A DNA stretch of 63,254 nucleotides, the filler included, from Pelomyxa schiedti (lineage: Eukaryota > Protista > Evosea), in the NCBI GenBank assembly GCA_020536535.1. It is 6 parts of 6 records of this genome, joined end to end, with 100 filler letters (N's around TTAATTAATTAA, not from the genome) between each part and the next. Parts side by side here need not be neighbours in the genome. Positions count along the whole stretch, not along the records: positions 37,028 to 63,254 come from JAHLWZ010000500.1; 5 more parts are not named here. One strand, 5' to 3'. The translations under genes were made by a program, and so were the position numbers. Of the stretch, positions 52,523 to 62,559 are shown piece after piece; the stretch's first letter is position 1; the number at the start of each line of letters is the position of its first letter. The notes below the pieces were generated by a model. That model was not told the origin of the DNA, ran no database searches, and saw nothing but the letters and a program-made list of their open reading frames with translations.

Positions 52523-54063
52523 ATGGCGTACGTGCGTCTCCCAGAGTACAAAAAGGTGTGTTGTGCAATCGACTTCGGCACGTGGGGCACCGGATTTGCA
52601 TTTAGGGATTTTCTTGTACCCGGGACGACGCGTTATAGTACATGGCCACTGACAGACTCACCGAAAACACTCACGGAGGCACTCGTCGGGATTCAACCAC
52701 CTCACAAACTGAAGAGTTTCGGTTGTCAAGCAAGAGACGACCTGACCCGAATGACCCAAGCAGAAAGGGACCAGGTGATGCACTTCAAGCAGTTCAAAAT
52801 GCAACTCGCAGGAGAGGGCGACCGAAACTGGATGGTGAAAGACAACGAATACCCCGATCGCACAATCAACTTCAAGTTGCTCACAACGCGGTGCATAGAA
52901 TACGTGTGCGGGGTGGCGATGACTCAGATCAGCGCACAGTTCAGCACCGTCACCCCAGAACAAATACAATGGGTTCTTACCGTGCCGGCAATTTGGGACC
53001 AAGCGGCGAGGCGACTGATGTTGGATGCGGCTGAGGATGCGGGGCTCTTTGGTGTCATGATTGCTCTGGAACCTGAGGGGGCTTCTCTTGCCATAAGAGC
53101 AGACTTGCTTGATCTGCAAGTTGGAACCACTTATTTGATAGTGGACGCAGGGGGTGGTACCGTCGATATAACACTACATAGATGCACAAGTAACACCGAA
53201 ATATGTGAACTGTATCCCCCTTCTGGAGGTCCATGGGGATCTGCATCAGTCAACACTGGAGTCATTTCCTTCTTGAAAGATATTTTTGATCCAGATGGAG
53301 ATGTGTTTCCCCATGCAAAAAAAACTGAGTGGTATCAACTGGAAGATGATATTGAGTCACTCAAGCTTTTTGCCCGCGATACAGACGGAAGCACCGCCCC
53401 TATGAATTTCGATGCTTCCGTGATATATGGTGCTCTGCAAACTTTGGGCAAGCCAGAATTTTCAACCTTTGTTGATTCGTACAATACTTCTCCCACCAAA
53501 TCAACCCCGCCAATAGTAGTCTACCGTGAAAGTTCATTGAGACTCCCGACGTGTATCTTTACCAACATCATAAAACAAAAAGCACTGGCAACAAGTTCAC
53601 ACATTATAACCCATATTCTTCCAGAGATTACTGAGACCGTAAAAGTGTTCCTTGTTGGTGGATTCTCAAGAAGCGAGATTTTCAGAGATATCATCAAAAA
53701 AGAGCTCTCGCCTCTTCCTGTGAGTTGGCCCCACTTTCCAATCACTGCTGTCATGCAAGGGGCCGTTGAATTTGGAATCAATCCCATGTCGATCAACAAG
53801 CGATGCGTTCCATACACTTACGCCGTGCTCACTTCAGATTTGGCAGTGAACCACCCCGGAAGGCTTGCGTTTTGGACGGAGCAAGGCGAGAAGCGGTGCC
53901 ACGTGCTCAAGACCTTTGTGAAGAGCAAGGATATCATCAATGTCGAAGAGGTGATCCGGCATACCTTTTGCCCAATGACTCCACAACAAGAAAGCGTTGC
54001 GTTTACGATATACAAATCAAAGAAGAGAGAAATCACTTACCCGGAGGAGAACGGAGTCATCAT
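52523..54063 (+). CDS. Gene F: HSPA12-like Hsp70 with intact ATPase motifs, cut by a gap; probably continues into the vWA tail at 59675-59934
   Basis: AIDFGT, FKMQL, WVLTVPAIW, ALEPEGA, VDAGGGTVD, IESLK and VGGFS motifs; intronless. Confidence 0.92.
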
Positions 54064-54264
54064 NNNNNNNNNNNNNNNNNNNNNNNNNNNNNNNNNNNNN
54101 NNNNNNNNNNNNNNNNNNNNNNNNNNNNNNNNNNNNNNNNNNNNNNNNNNNNNNNNNNNNNNNTTTCCAGCCAGAACAAACACCCTTCGATTAATCACGC
54201 TCCTGTGCTGTTTTGATAGTCTAGCCCACAAGGGGACACATTTTCCTTTCGTGCCCACCACTTC

Positions 54265-54389
54265 CTGAAGTACTTCAGACAGCCGCCCCTTGGGGCGGCT
54301 GTTTTGCACATGGTTTTGATAGGACAGCCGCCCAAAAAAAAGGGGCGGCTGTTTTTACAGGAATTTGACAGGCCAAAAAACAGCCGCCC
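54265..54389. repeat. Cluster of inverted repeats (five ACAGCCGCCC copies in alternating orientation plus a 14-bp palindrome)
   Basis: ctgaagtacttcag; acagccgcccc-tt-ggggcggctgt; acagccgccc-a8g-gggcggctgt; a further copy at 54380. Confidence 0.85.
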
Positions 54390-54591
54390 TTTGATCCAGA
54401 TATGCATTCCACAGATATCTCTCGTTAAAGTTACCAAGTACTTGCTTGAAATAACAAAAGTCAGACTTTTTAATTTCCATAAACCACGTTGGAGTCCAGC
54501 AGCACCCAACTCACCGTCGAGGATATGCTGAATGTTGCTGTCAATGCCCCCACTTTTTCAGACTCTTTCCAATTTCAGGAATACTAACTAC

Positions 54592-56901
54592 ATGGCGCAC
54601 GTGCGTCTCCGAGAGGACAAAAAGGTGTGTTGCGCCGTCGAAATTGGCACGTGGGGCACTGGCTTCGCATTTAGGGATTTCGCTCGCACCATACCTACGC
54701 AATACGGCACATGGACACTGACAGACGCACCGAAAACACTCACGGAGGCACTCGTCGGGGTTCAACCACCTCACAAACTGAAGAGTTTCGGTTTTCAAGC
54801 AAGAGACGACCTGACCCGAATGACCCAAGAAGAAAGAGACCAGGTGATGCACTTCAAGCAGTTCAAAATGCAACTCGCAGGAGAGGGCGACCGAAACTGG
54901 ATGGTGAAAGACAACGAATACCCCGATCGCACAATCAACTTCAAGTTGCTCACAACGCGGTGCATAGAATACGTGTGCGGGGTGGCGATGACTCAGATCA
55001 GCGCACAGTTCAGCACCGTCACCCCAGAACAAATACAATGGGTTCTTACCGTGCCGGCAATTTGGGACCAAGCGGCGAGGCGACTGATGTTGGATGCGGC
55101 TGAGGATGCGGGGCTCTTTGGTGTCATGATTGCTCTGGAACCTGAGGGGGCTTCTCTTGCCATAAGAGCAGACTTGCTTGATCTGCAAGTTGGAACCACT
55201 TATTTGATAGTGGACGCAGGGAGTTATAGTATTGATATAACAGCACATAAATGCACAAGTGACACCGAAATATGTGAACTGTATCCCCCTTCTGGAGGTC
55301 CATGGGGATCTGAATCCATCACCACTGGAGTCATTTCCTTCTTGAAAGATATTTTTGATCCAGATGGAGATGTGTTTCCCCACATAGAAAAAAATGATTG
55401 GTATCAACTGGAAGATGATTTAGATACCCTGATGCTTCTTGCCCATGAGGGCCCCACCACTATGAATTTCGATACTTCCGTGATATATGGTGCTCTGGAG
55501 ACTTTGGGCAAGCCAGAATTTGCAACCTTTGTTGATTCATACAATTCCTCCCCCAAGAGATCAACACCACCCATACAGGTTTATCGTGAAGGTTCATTGA
55601 GACTCCCGACGTGTATCTTTACCAACCCCATAAGACAGAAAGCACTGGCAACAATTTCACACATTATAAACCGTATTCTACCAGAGATTACTGAGCCTGT
55701 AAAGGTGTTCCTTGTTGGAGGATTGTCACGAAGTGAGATATTCAGAGATATCATCAAAAAAGAGCTCGCACCTCTTCCTGTGAGTTGGCCCCACTTTCCA
55801 CTCACTGCTGTCATGCAAGGGGCCGTTGAATTTGGAATCAATCCCATGTCGATCAACAAGCGATGCGCTCCATACACTTATGCCGTGCTCACTTCAGATT
55901 TGGCGGTGAACCACCCCGGAAAGCTTGCATTTTGGACGGAGCAAGGCGAGAAACGGTGTCACGTGCTCAAGACCTTTGTGAAGAGCAAGGATATCATCAA
56001 TATCGAAGAGGTGATCCGGCATACCTTTTGCCCAATGACTCCACAACAAGAAAGCGTTGCGTTTACGATATACAAATCAAAGAAGAGAGAAATCACTTAC
56101 CCGGAGGAGAACGGAGTCATCATGGTGAAAGGTGGACTGACACTCAACAACGTGCCAAACCGCGGCAGACCGGTCAGTGAGAGAGAAGTTGTTGTCACAC
56201 TCAATTTTGGATCGACTGTGATTGCCGTTGATGTTGCACATGGCTCCCCCGCTTCCGCTCCCGATGCCGCTGCTGCTCGCCCTGCGACCTCTGTGAAGTG
56301 GATTGAAAGTATATCGTCCGTTTCGGAGGAGCAACTTCACTACCACATCGTGTTCTGTTTGGATGAGTCGGGATCCATGTGCGGCGATCCGTGGCGCGAA
56401 GTGAGCGAAGCAGTTGATGCGTTCGTCAAGTGCAGACTCCAAAAGTGCCCAACCGGAGACACCACATCCGTTGTGACATATAATCACGCTGCTCGACAGA
56501 GGCACAGTGGCCCACTTTCGTCTTTGGCTCCTGGAATTTTGGGAACAAACTCTGGTGGTGGAAAGTGCTTTGCAGTCGCGTTGAGTTTATGTGATCGAGT
56601 GCTGATGGCCACACGTGCTGAAAGCTGTTCAGGTGGAAGAACACCGATTTTGTTGTTCATGTCCGACGGCCAGTGTGACAATGGTCTGCAACAAATGAAG
56701 GATGTGCATGCTCACCACAAAGACAGTGGGCTGAAGATCTTTGTTGTTGGGTTTGGTGCCGGCGTCAACACTGCACAACTCGAAGCGCTTGCTGCTGCCG
56801 TGTGTGGTTCTTATTCTGTTGGGAAGAATGGTGCCGAACTGGTCAACACTTTCACCCACATCTCATCAGGGTTATCGTCCTTTCTCAAACACAATTGTTG
56901 A
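54592..56901 (+). CDS. Gene G: HSPA12-like Hsp70 with degenerate nucleotide-binding motifs, fused to a C-terminal vWA domain
   Basis: Intronless 769-aa ORF and paralog of F. The vWA domain starts at ~56341: IVFCLDESGSM...LLFMSDG...IFVVGFG. Confidence 0.93.
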   Translation: MAHVRLREDKKVCCAVEIGTWGTGFAFRDFARTIPTQYGTWTLTDAPKTLTEALVGVQPPHKLKSFGFQARDDLTRMTQEERDQVMHFKQFKMQLAGEGDRNWMVKDNEYPDRTINFKLLTTRCIEYVCGVAMTQISAQFSTVTPEQIQWVLTVPAIWDQAARRLMLDAAEDAGLFGVMIALEPEGASLAIRADLLDLQVGTTYLIVDAGSYSIDITAHKCTSDTEICELYPPSGGPWGSESITTGVISFLKDIFDPDGDVFPHIEKNDWYQLEDDLDTLMLLAHEGPTTMNFDTSVIYGALETLGKPEFATFVDSYNSSPKRSTPPIQVYREGSLRLPTCIFTNPIRQKALATISHIINRILPEITEPVKVFLVGGLSRSEIFRDIIKKELAPLPVSWPHFPLTAVMQGAVEFGINPMSINKRCAPYTYAVLTSDLAVNHPGKLAFWTEQGEKRCHVLKTFVKSKDIINIEEVIRHTFCPMTPQQESVAFTIYKSKKREITYPEENGVIMVKGGLTLNNVPNRGRPVSEREVVVTLNFGSTVIAVDVAHGSPASAPDAAAARPATSVKWIESISSVSEEQLHYHIVFCLDESGSMCGDPWREVSEAVDAFVKCRLQKCPTGDTTSVVTYNHAARQRHSGPLSSLAPGILGTNSGGGKCFAVALSLCDRVLMATRAESCSGGRTPILLFMSDGQCDNGLQQMKDVHAHHKDSGLKIFVVGFGAGVNTAQLEALAAAVCGSYSVGKNGAELVNTFTHISSGLSSFLKHNC

Positions 56902-57220
56902 GTGAGCTTTGTTGTGTAAAAAAAATCCATTATCCTTTCTGACTAATTTTCTTACTACTTACAAACCCAGTGCAAAATGCCAGGAAGGAAGGGGAAATTG
57001 AAAAAAAAAATCTTTCCTTGTGTTTGTGTCACCAAACTTCCAGCGTGGTGTGGTTGTGCAGGGCGATTCGCCATGGCAACCATCGACTAGTCTTGGTAAA
57101 TCTGGTAAATAATATCCAAAGTCTTGGTATGTGGATGAAGGTCTCCATGTGGAATATGAGGTCTTTATCTTGCAAGTATTATGAATATTACAAAACTATT
57201 TGGTCATTATCTTACTCAGT

Positions 57221-58037
57221 TTAATCTTCCAGTAATCCAACAGCTTTGGCCTGTCGATTTTGGTTGTAATAAAAAGCCGGCAGTATATAAAAATCCACTT
57301 TTCCTTTCATTTTGTTTTGCTATCGCATTTAGTCAAAAATTGGCAAGAAGAAAAAACACACTGCTGGAAAAACTTCAATATCGTTTATTGTCAAGCTATC
57401 TGGTTCACAGTAGGAATATTCATCTGGTGACACCAAAGTATGCACACAGATATTTAACATAGAGCAACATATTTCCTGTATCTTGGCACTTTTAGGGAGA
57501 TCAGACAGCTCAAGCATTTCATGGCAAAGATTTTCAAGAACTTCTGTGGTGACTGGAGTACCAGCTGGAGACTGATAGTCCACAATATGCCTGCTGCAGT
57601 TGAAGCACAGGCCCCACATTTTTTTGCACATCATAGCCTGGTTTCTAATGTTACAATCAATCTGTGGAAGTTCATCAAGAACCAAGTTCACGAACATCTT
57701 GAAGAAAACAAAAATTAGTCCCACACTTGCTAAATGTATGTACATTTCTGAAGTCCTTGTACCACAAGAAAATCTCATATTGTGGAACATGGGACACAGA
57801 GTATTTCAAGTGAGCTACCGTTACACTTTGAGCCGTGGCGCAGTGCTTACGAGGTGGTTGCACTCTGGGCTTTTTGCGGTGGTGGTGATGATGGTGATGG
57901 TGGTGATGGTGCTTGTGGCTGTGGGCCGTGGGTGTCGCCGTCGGTGCCGGTTCGGAACCCGTATTTGTTTGTTTAACACCGAAGTGCTCGCTTGTTGCAC
58001 TGTCCTCATCAGGGGCTTTGTGAAAGCAAGAACCCAT
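57221..58037 (-). CDS. Gene D: small N-acylation-motif (MGSC), His-rich protein with GrpE/Mieap-like domain
   Basis: Three exons: ..YEIFLWYKDFRN|MFVNLVLDELP..QAMMCKKMW..IEVFPA|QNKMKGKVDFYILPAFYYNQNRQAKAV. Intron positions are shared with E and with B/C. Confidence 0.8.
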
Positions 58038-58137
58038 CTACTGGTCCAGTTCGAAAGGAAAAAAAGGGGCTTCCGGTCCGTTGATGAAGTCCTGTCCCAT
58101 CAAAGAACAATTTGGTAAAAAAAACAAGCAAGCAAGT

Positions 58138-59574
58138 ATGGAGCAGGAGTTGAACTGCATTACTTTGACCCTTCGTGGTGTTCTCTACACGCAGCAGAAA
58201 ACCCTCAATTTGGTGCAGTCTATGATAACGTGGAATAGAAACGAATGCGACAGGCAACTATCCGAGATCGCGTCGCTTTTGGCCACCACCTCCGGTCACA
58301 TCTCGGCCTTCGAAAACGAGTTCACATTTCTACGCAGACAGGCACCAGTTAACACTTCGTCGGCAGCCTCTTCTTCAGCTTCCCCCCCACAACACAAGGT
58401 AGTAACCGTTCCTATTGCTCCTGATTCAGCACAACACAGAGCAATACCACCAGACACACCGGCAACGCCCCCGTTAACAGCACCATCAACGGTACAAGCT
58501 GCTTTGCCTCCTCCTCCAGATTCCCGTTTCGGTTCTCCTGTCGGAACAAATGCTCCCAGTACTGCCGTTGGGGAGAAACACAATCATACACAGCATACAC
58601 CTTCAATTCCAGTTCCACGCAAGGTTCAGGGTACAACAGCTCAGCCAAGAAATACAGGTGGCTCAAGTCAACTGGTACCAGGACAAGCTGGATCAAGAAT
58701 ATGTTCTGCCAGTGCTATGAGGATTGCACAGAGTAGTCATTTAAATACAGAGCCCCCAAGGCGATCCTCTCCGACCGTACCAATACCACACGGTCCCTCA
58801 GTGTCATCACGTATGCAAACAAGCTCCCACCAGCCTTCACATCACAAGCACCCTGTTTCAAGTACTCAAGAAAACAAACTGCAACCGCAACCGCAGCAAC
58901 AACTGCAACAGCCGACACAACAACAACTGCAACAGCAGACACAACAACAACCGCACTTTGTTCCAAGTACTCAAGAAAACAAACTGCAACCGCAACAACA
59001 ACCACAATCGCCCATGCCACAAATATCAAATTCACTGTCACAACGAATTAGCGTGTGGCGCGCGGCTCCGCATTATGAACTTCTAATTTTGTTGAAACAA
59101 TTTAAAAATGTAAAAAGCCACTTCAACCTCTGTAATGACCAAAAGTAGGACTTGACGAACTTTGTATTGGATACTCTCCCCAATGCAAACTTTAAGACGC
59201 CAGAGCAGCAAGCACAAATATTGCATGAGATGTGGAAATTTCTTGCTGAAAGAGTCTCCCAAATCTTACAGCAGCAGAACCCTGGAGTTCAAGATCCTGA
59301 GAACGTTATTACCGAAGCCATTAACAGTTTGATCACTTGGTTGAAACCAATTGGACAAGAGAAAACTATTTGTGGACTATGTGAAGTGATGGTCAAACTA
59401 TGCTTTGCCACCATTGGCAAGCCAGAGTATGGATTTGTATTCTTGGAGCCAAAAACACCCTTTATTCCATCACAGATGGATGTGTTTCCCAGCTTGCAGG
59501 CACCACCCCAATCTGGGATTGTTTCACTGTGTGTTATACCAGGCCTCACATATGGTAAGACCATCCAAGCACGT
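58138..59574 (+). CDS. Gene E: short coiled coil + P/Q/S-rich linker + GrpE/Mieap-like domain (end in gap)
   Basis: YELLILLKQFKN|DLTNFVLDTLP..QQAQILHEMW..FVFLEPKTPFIPSQMDVFP..GIVSLCVIPGLTYGKTIQAR. Confidence 0.82.
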
Positions 59575-59674
59575 NNNNNNNNNNNNNNNNNNNNNNNNNN
59601 NNNNNNNNNNNNNNNNNNNNNNNNNNNNNNNNNNNNNNNNNNNNNNNNNNNNNNNNNNNNNNNNNNNNNNNNNN

Positions 59675-59934
59675 CACCGATTTTGTTGTTCATGTCCGAC
59701 GGCCAGTGTGACAATGGTCTGCAACAAATGAAGGATGTGCATGCTCACCACAAAGACAGTGGGCTGAAGATCTTTGTTGTTGGGTTTGGTGCCGGTGTCA
59801 ACACTGCACAACTCGAAGCGCTTGCTGCTGCCGTGTGTGGTTCTTATTCTGTTGGGAAGAATGGTGCCGAACTGGTCAACACTTTCACCCACATCTCATC
59901 AGGGTTATCATCCTTTCTCAAACACAATTGTTGA
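59675..59934 (+). CDS. vWA C-terminal tail, second copy (probably the 3' end of gene F)
   Basis: Near-identical to 56642-56901, with two synonymous changes and a different downstream flank. Confidence 0.8.
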
Positions 59935-60175
59935 GTGAGCTTTGTTGTGTAAAAAGAAAGTTGTTGTTTTGTGAAAGAAAAATCTTGACTCTTTTTCTTT
60001 TTTGGGTCTTTGGATCTGCCATGCGCTTCTCAGAGGCTGGAAAGACCACGAAACGGTAGAATGTGTCTGGTCCAGACATCTCAGAATTTTCTCTTCACAG
60101 GTGGCTCGAATGATACTATGAGATTAGGAGTAGAAGTAGTAGTAGCCGGCGAATAGTAAGTAGTAGTAGTCCTCT

Positions 60176-61217
60176 CTAATAATGTGTTGCCCTAGCACAG
60201 CGCCATTGTGGGACAGCAGCAGCAGGTTGTTGCTGTGCAGGCAATATAGCTTGCTGATAGCGCGGTGGTGGAACATACAGCAACGGTTGTGATGGTGATG
60301 AGGGAGTGATGTGTGGCCCACGTTGCTGTTGCTGCTGCTGTTGCTTTTGTTGTTGTTGCTGTTGTTGTGCAGAACCAGTGGCGGGATGTGCTGACGATGG
60401 CGGGACAGCATGCACATACTGTGATTGCTGTGATTGCCGGTACTGTTGTGGTCCTGCATGCTGCCGCTGCTGTAGGTGTGGAGCTGTGTGCTGACTGATG
60501 CAACGGCAACGGTTGTGGTGGTGGTAAAACCCGGTGGTGGGATTGACCCCGTTGTTGCGTCAGGGGAACAGCTGGCTGTGTGGTGTGTGTATGGCGGAAC
60601 CCAAGAGATACTTGTTGAGGTGATGATGGTGGTGGTTCCTGGCGTGGTCTTTGTTGTTGCACTTGTGTGTGAACAACAGGGTGATGAGTTGATCGTGGTA
60701 GAGCCGCAATACTGGTGGAGAGGTTCCCCTTGGTGCTGTCGGACAGTTGTTTGGGAGAGATTGCAGCGGCTGATGATACTGCTGTTGCTGGCGGTTCTGG
60801 CACATCCCTTGATAGAGTTGTTGCAGCAACTGTGATTGAGCCTGGGGAGCAGCAGCAGCAGCTCCCTGATGTGGTACCACTTGTGTGTAAGTGCAAGGTG
60901 GTGGTGGGGGTGTGGTGATGACAGTGGGCTGCTGCCGTACGCGGAACTGGCAAAGTGTTGAGGGCCTGTGCTTGTGCTTGCAGCCGCTGTTGTTGTGATT
61001 GGGGTTGCTGGGTATGCTGCTGGCGTTGCGGCTGTGGTTGCTGTTGCTGCTGACGGCTGTGGCTATGGTGGTGGTGGTGGTTCCTATTGTGGTCTTCTTG
61101 ACCCTGCTGTTCAGGCTGAGGGTCAGCAGTGTAAGAAGCAACCATACGCTGGTGTTGTCTTCTTGCTTGTTTCTGAAGTCTGGGAGTGTATTCAGTTACA
61201 AGCTCCTCCTGCTCCAT
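60176..61217 (-). pseudogene. Gln/His/Pro-rich low-complexity ORF, possibly a decayed paralog of gene E
   Basis: Starts MEQE like E. The poly-Q tract shifts frame near 60470. It ends WRCARATHY* versus WRAAPHYE in E. Confidence 0.4.
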
Positions 61218-61299
61218 GCTTTGTTCTACTGTCCTTTTGGAGTAGCTAAGCTTGATCTGATGAGTATTGTTTCTGGTGCCAACCACCTTGGTTACCCTC

Positions 61300-62450
61300 A
61301 GTCCTGGGCATGACTCATCAGAAGTTGCAAGATTATCTGGGAGCTGCCTGGATTGGACATGAAACAGTGGTAGTCAGTGATTCTTTCTTTGCCAAACTTC
61401 AGAAAAGAAACACTTTTTGGGGTTTCAGGACTTCCAAGTGAGGGATACCTTGAAGAAGAAGAGTAAGTAAAAATTGGGGTTCATTTAATTTAATTACACT
61501 TTGAGGAGAGAGTGAACACACTTCAAGATAAAGACATTCTTCGTCAAGTGATCCTTCTCAAAGGCAGACTGCATTTCGGGAATGAACTGCTCCATTGTGT
61601 CAATTCTGGTTTTCTTTGTCCACTCATTGTAAAATCGGGACAGCAGCCCAAAGTGCCCATCAACTTCAGACTTTCCATGCTTTGCTGCCCACAAGTGCCA
61701 GGAAAGGTGGCAGTTCAGCTTCTGAGGGAGATGGCAAAGGAATAGGTGTGCCACCTCAAAGTTGTGGAAGTGTGGGCCTTTGTCTGTGAAGAGCTTGATG
61801 TCAGAGATCCCCTGAAACTCGTCAAGGTGGTCTGTGGTGAACTCTTCAAGTGCACCAGCAACAAAGCGGCATCGTTGCTCAATATGTAGGACACAATGTC
61901 CCAGTATTTCCTTTCTGTCTTATGTGTTGTGGGATTTTTCCTGATTGTTTGGATCCCAAAGACAGACAGGGGTTGCCGGAAGTAGAAATCCCTGTTCAGC
62001 TCCTTTGGAGCTTCTCAGCTGCATCTTTTCCTTGAAGTCCATGGTGATAATCATTTCATGGGCTTGGAGATTGGTTTCAAATTTTTGAAAAGCTTCTCTT
62101 TGTGTGTCTTTAATTGAAAGGTGTTGCTGGTAGATGTCCATTTGTGTTTGGAGTTGTTGTTTTCGTTTTTGTTTGTTTTCTGGCAACACATCACCATTAG
62201 TTGTGTTGAGTTTAGCCAACTAGAACTAGTCCAACTAGTTGGACTACAACTGTTATATTCTTCCCTGTGTCACAGATGTATCCCATATCTGTTTGTCTTT
62301 CACTGTGTTTGTAATTGTGAGGTATCATGTTTAAAAGTGTTGTGACCGAGAGGTGTTGCTTGTGGTGGCAGTGTTGTTGTTGGACATCCCCTTCTGTTTC
62401 TCAATAAACTCCCTCACAAGGGATTTCTTGGAGTCATCCAAGATTCTTGC
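61300..62450 (-). mobile_element. Degenerate DDD/E DNA-transposase remnant
   Basis: Broken frames carry IITMDFKE, LFTDKGPHFHN and WAAKHGKSEVDGHFG. No TIRs were identified and the boundaries are approximate. Confidence 0.65.
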
Positions 62451-62559
62451 TGTTTCAGTTTGTTTAGTACCATCAGGGTGATGCATCATGTGATGGTGAT
62501 CATCCCACTGGGCAACCGATCTATTCCCTGCCTATTGAGAGTGGGAATTCAGGAATTCA

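Noticed and set aside
58861-58996. 31-bp direct repeat (STQENKLQPQ twice)
   Set aside because: It is ordinary slippage in the low-complexity linker of gene E.
59152-59934. ORF-track fusion of the GrpE-like domain to vWA
   Set aside because: The ORF spans an N gap, and the vWA tail duplicates that of G and probably belongs to F.
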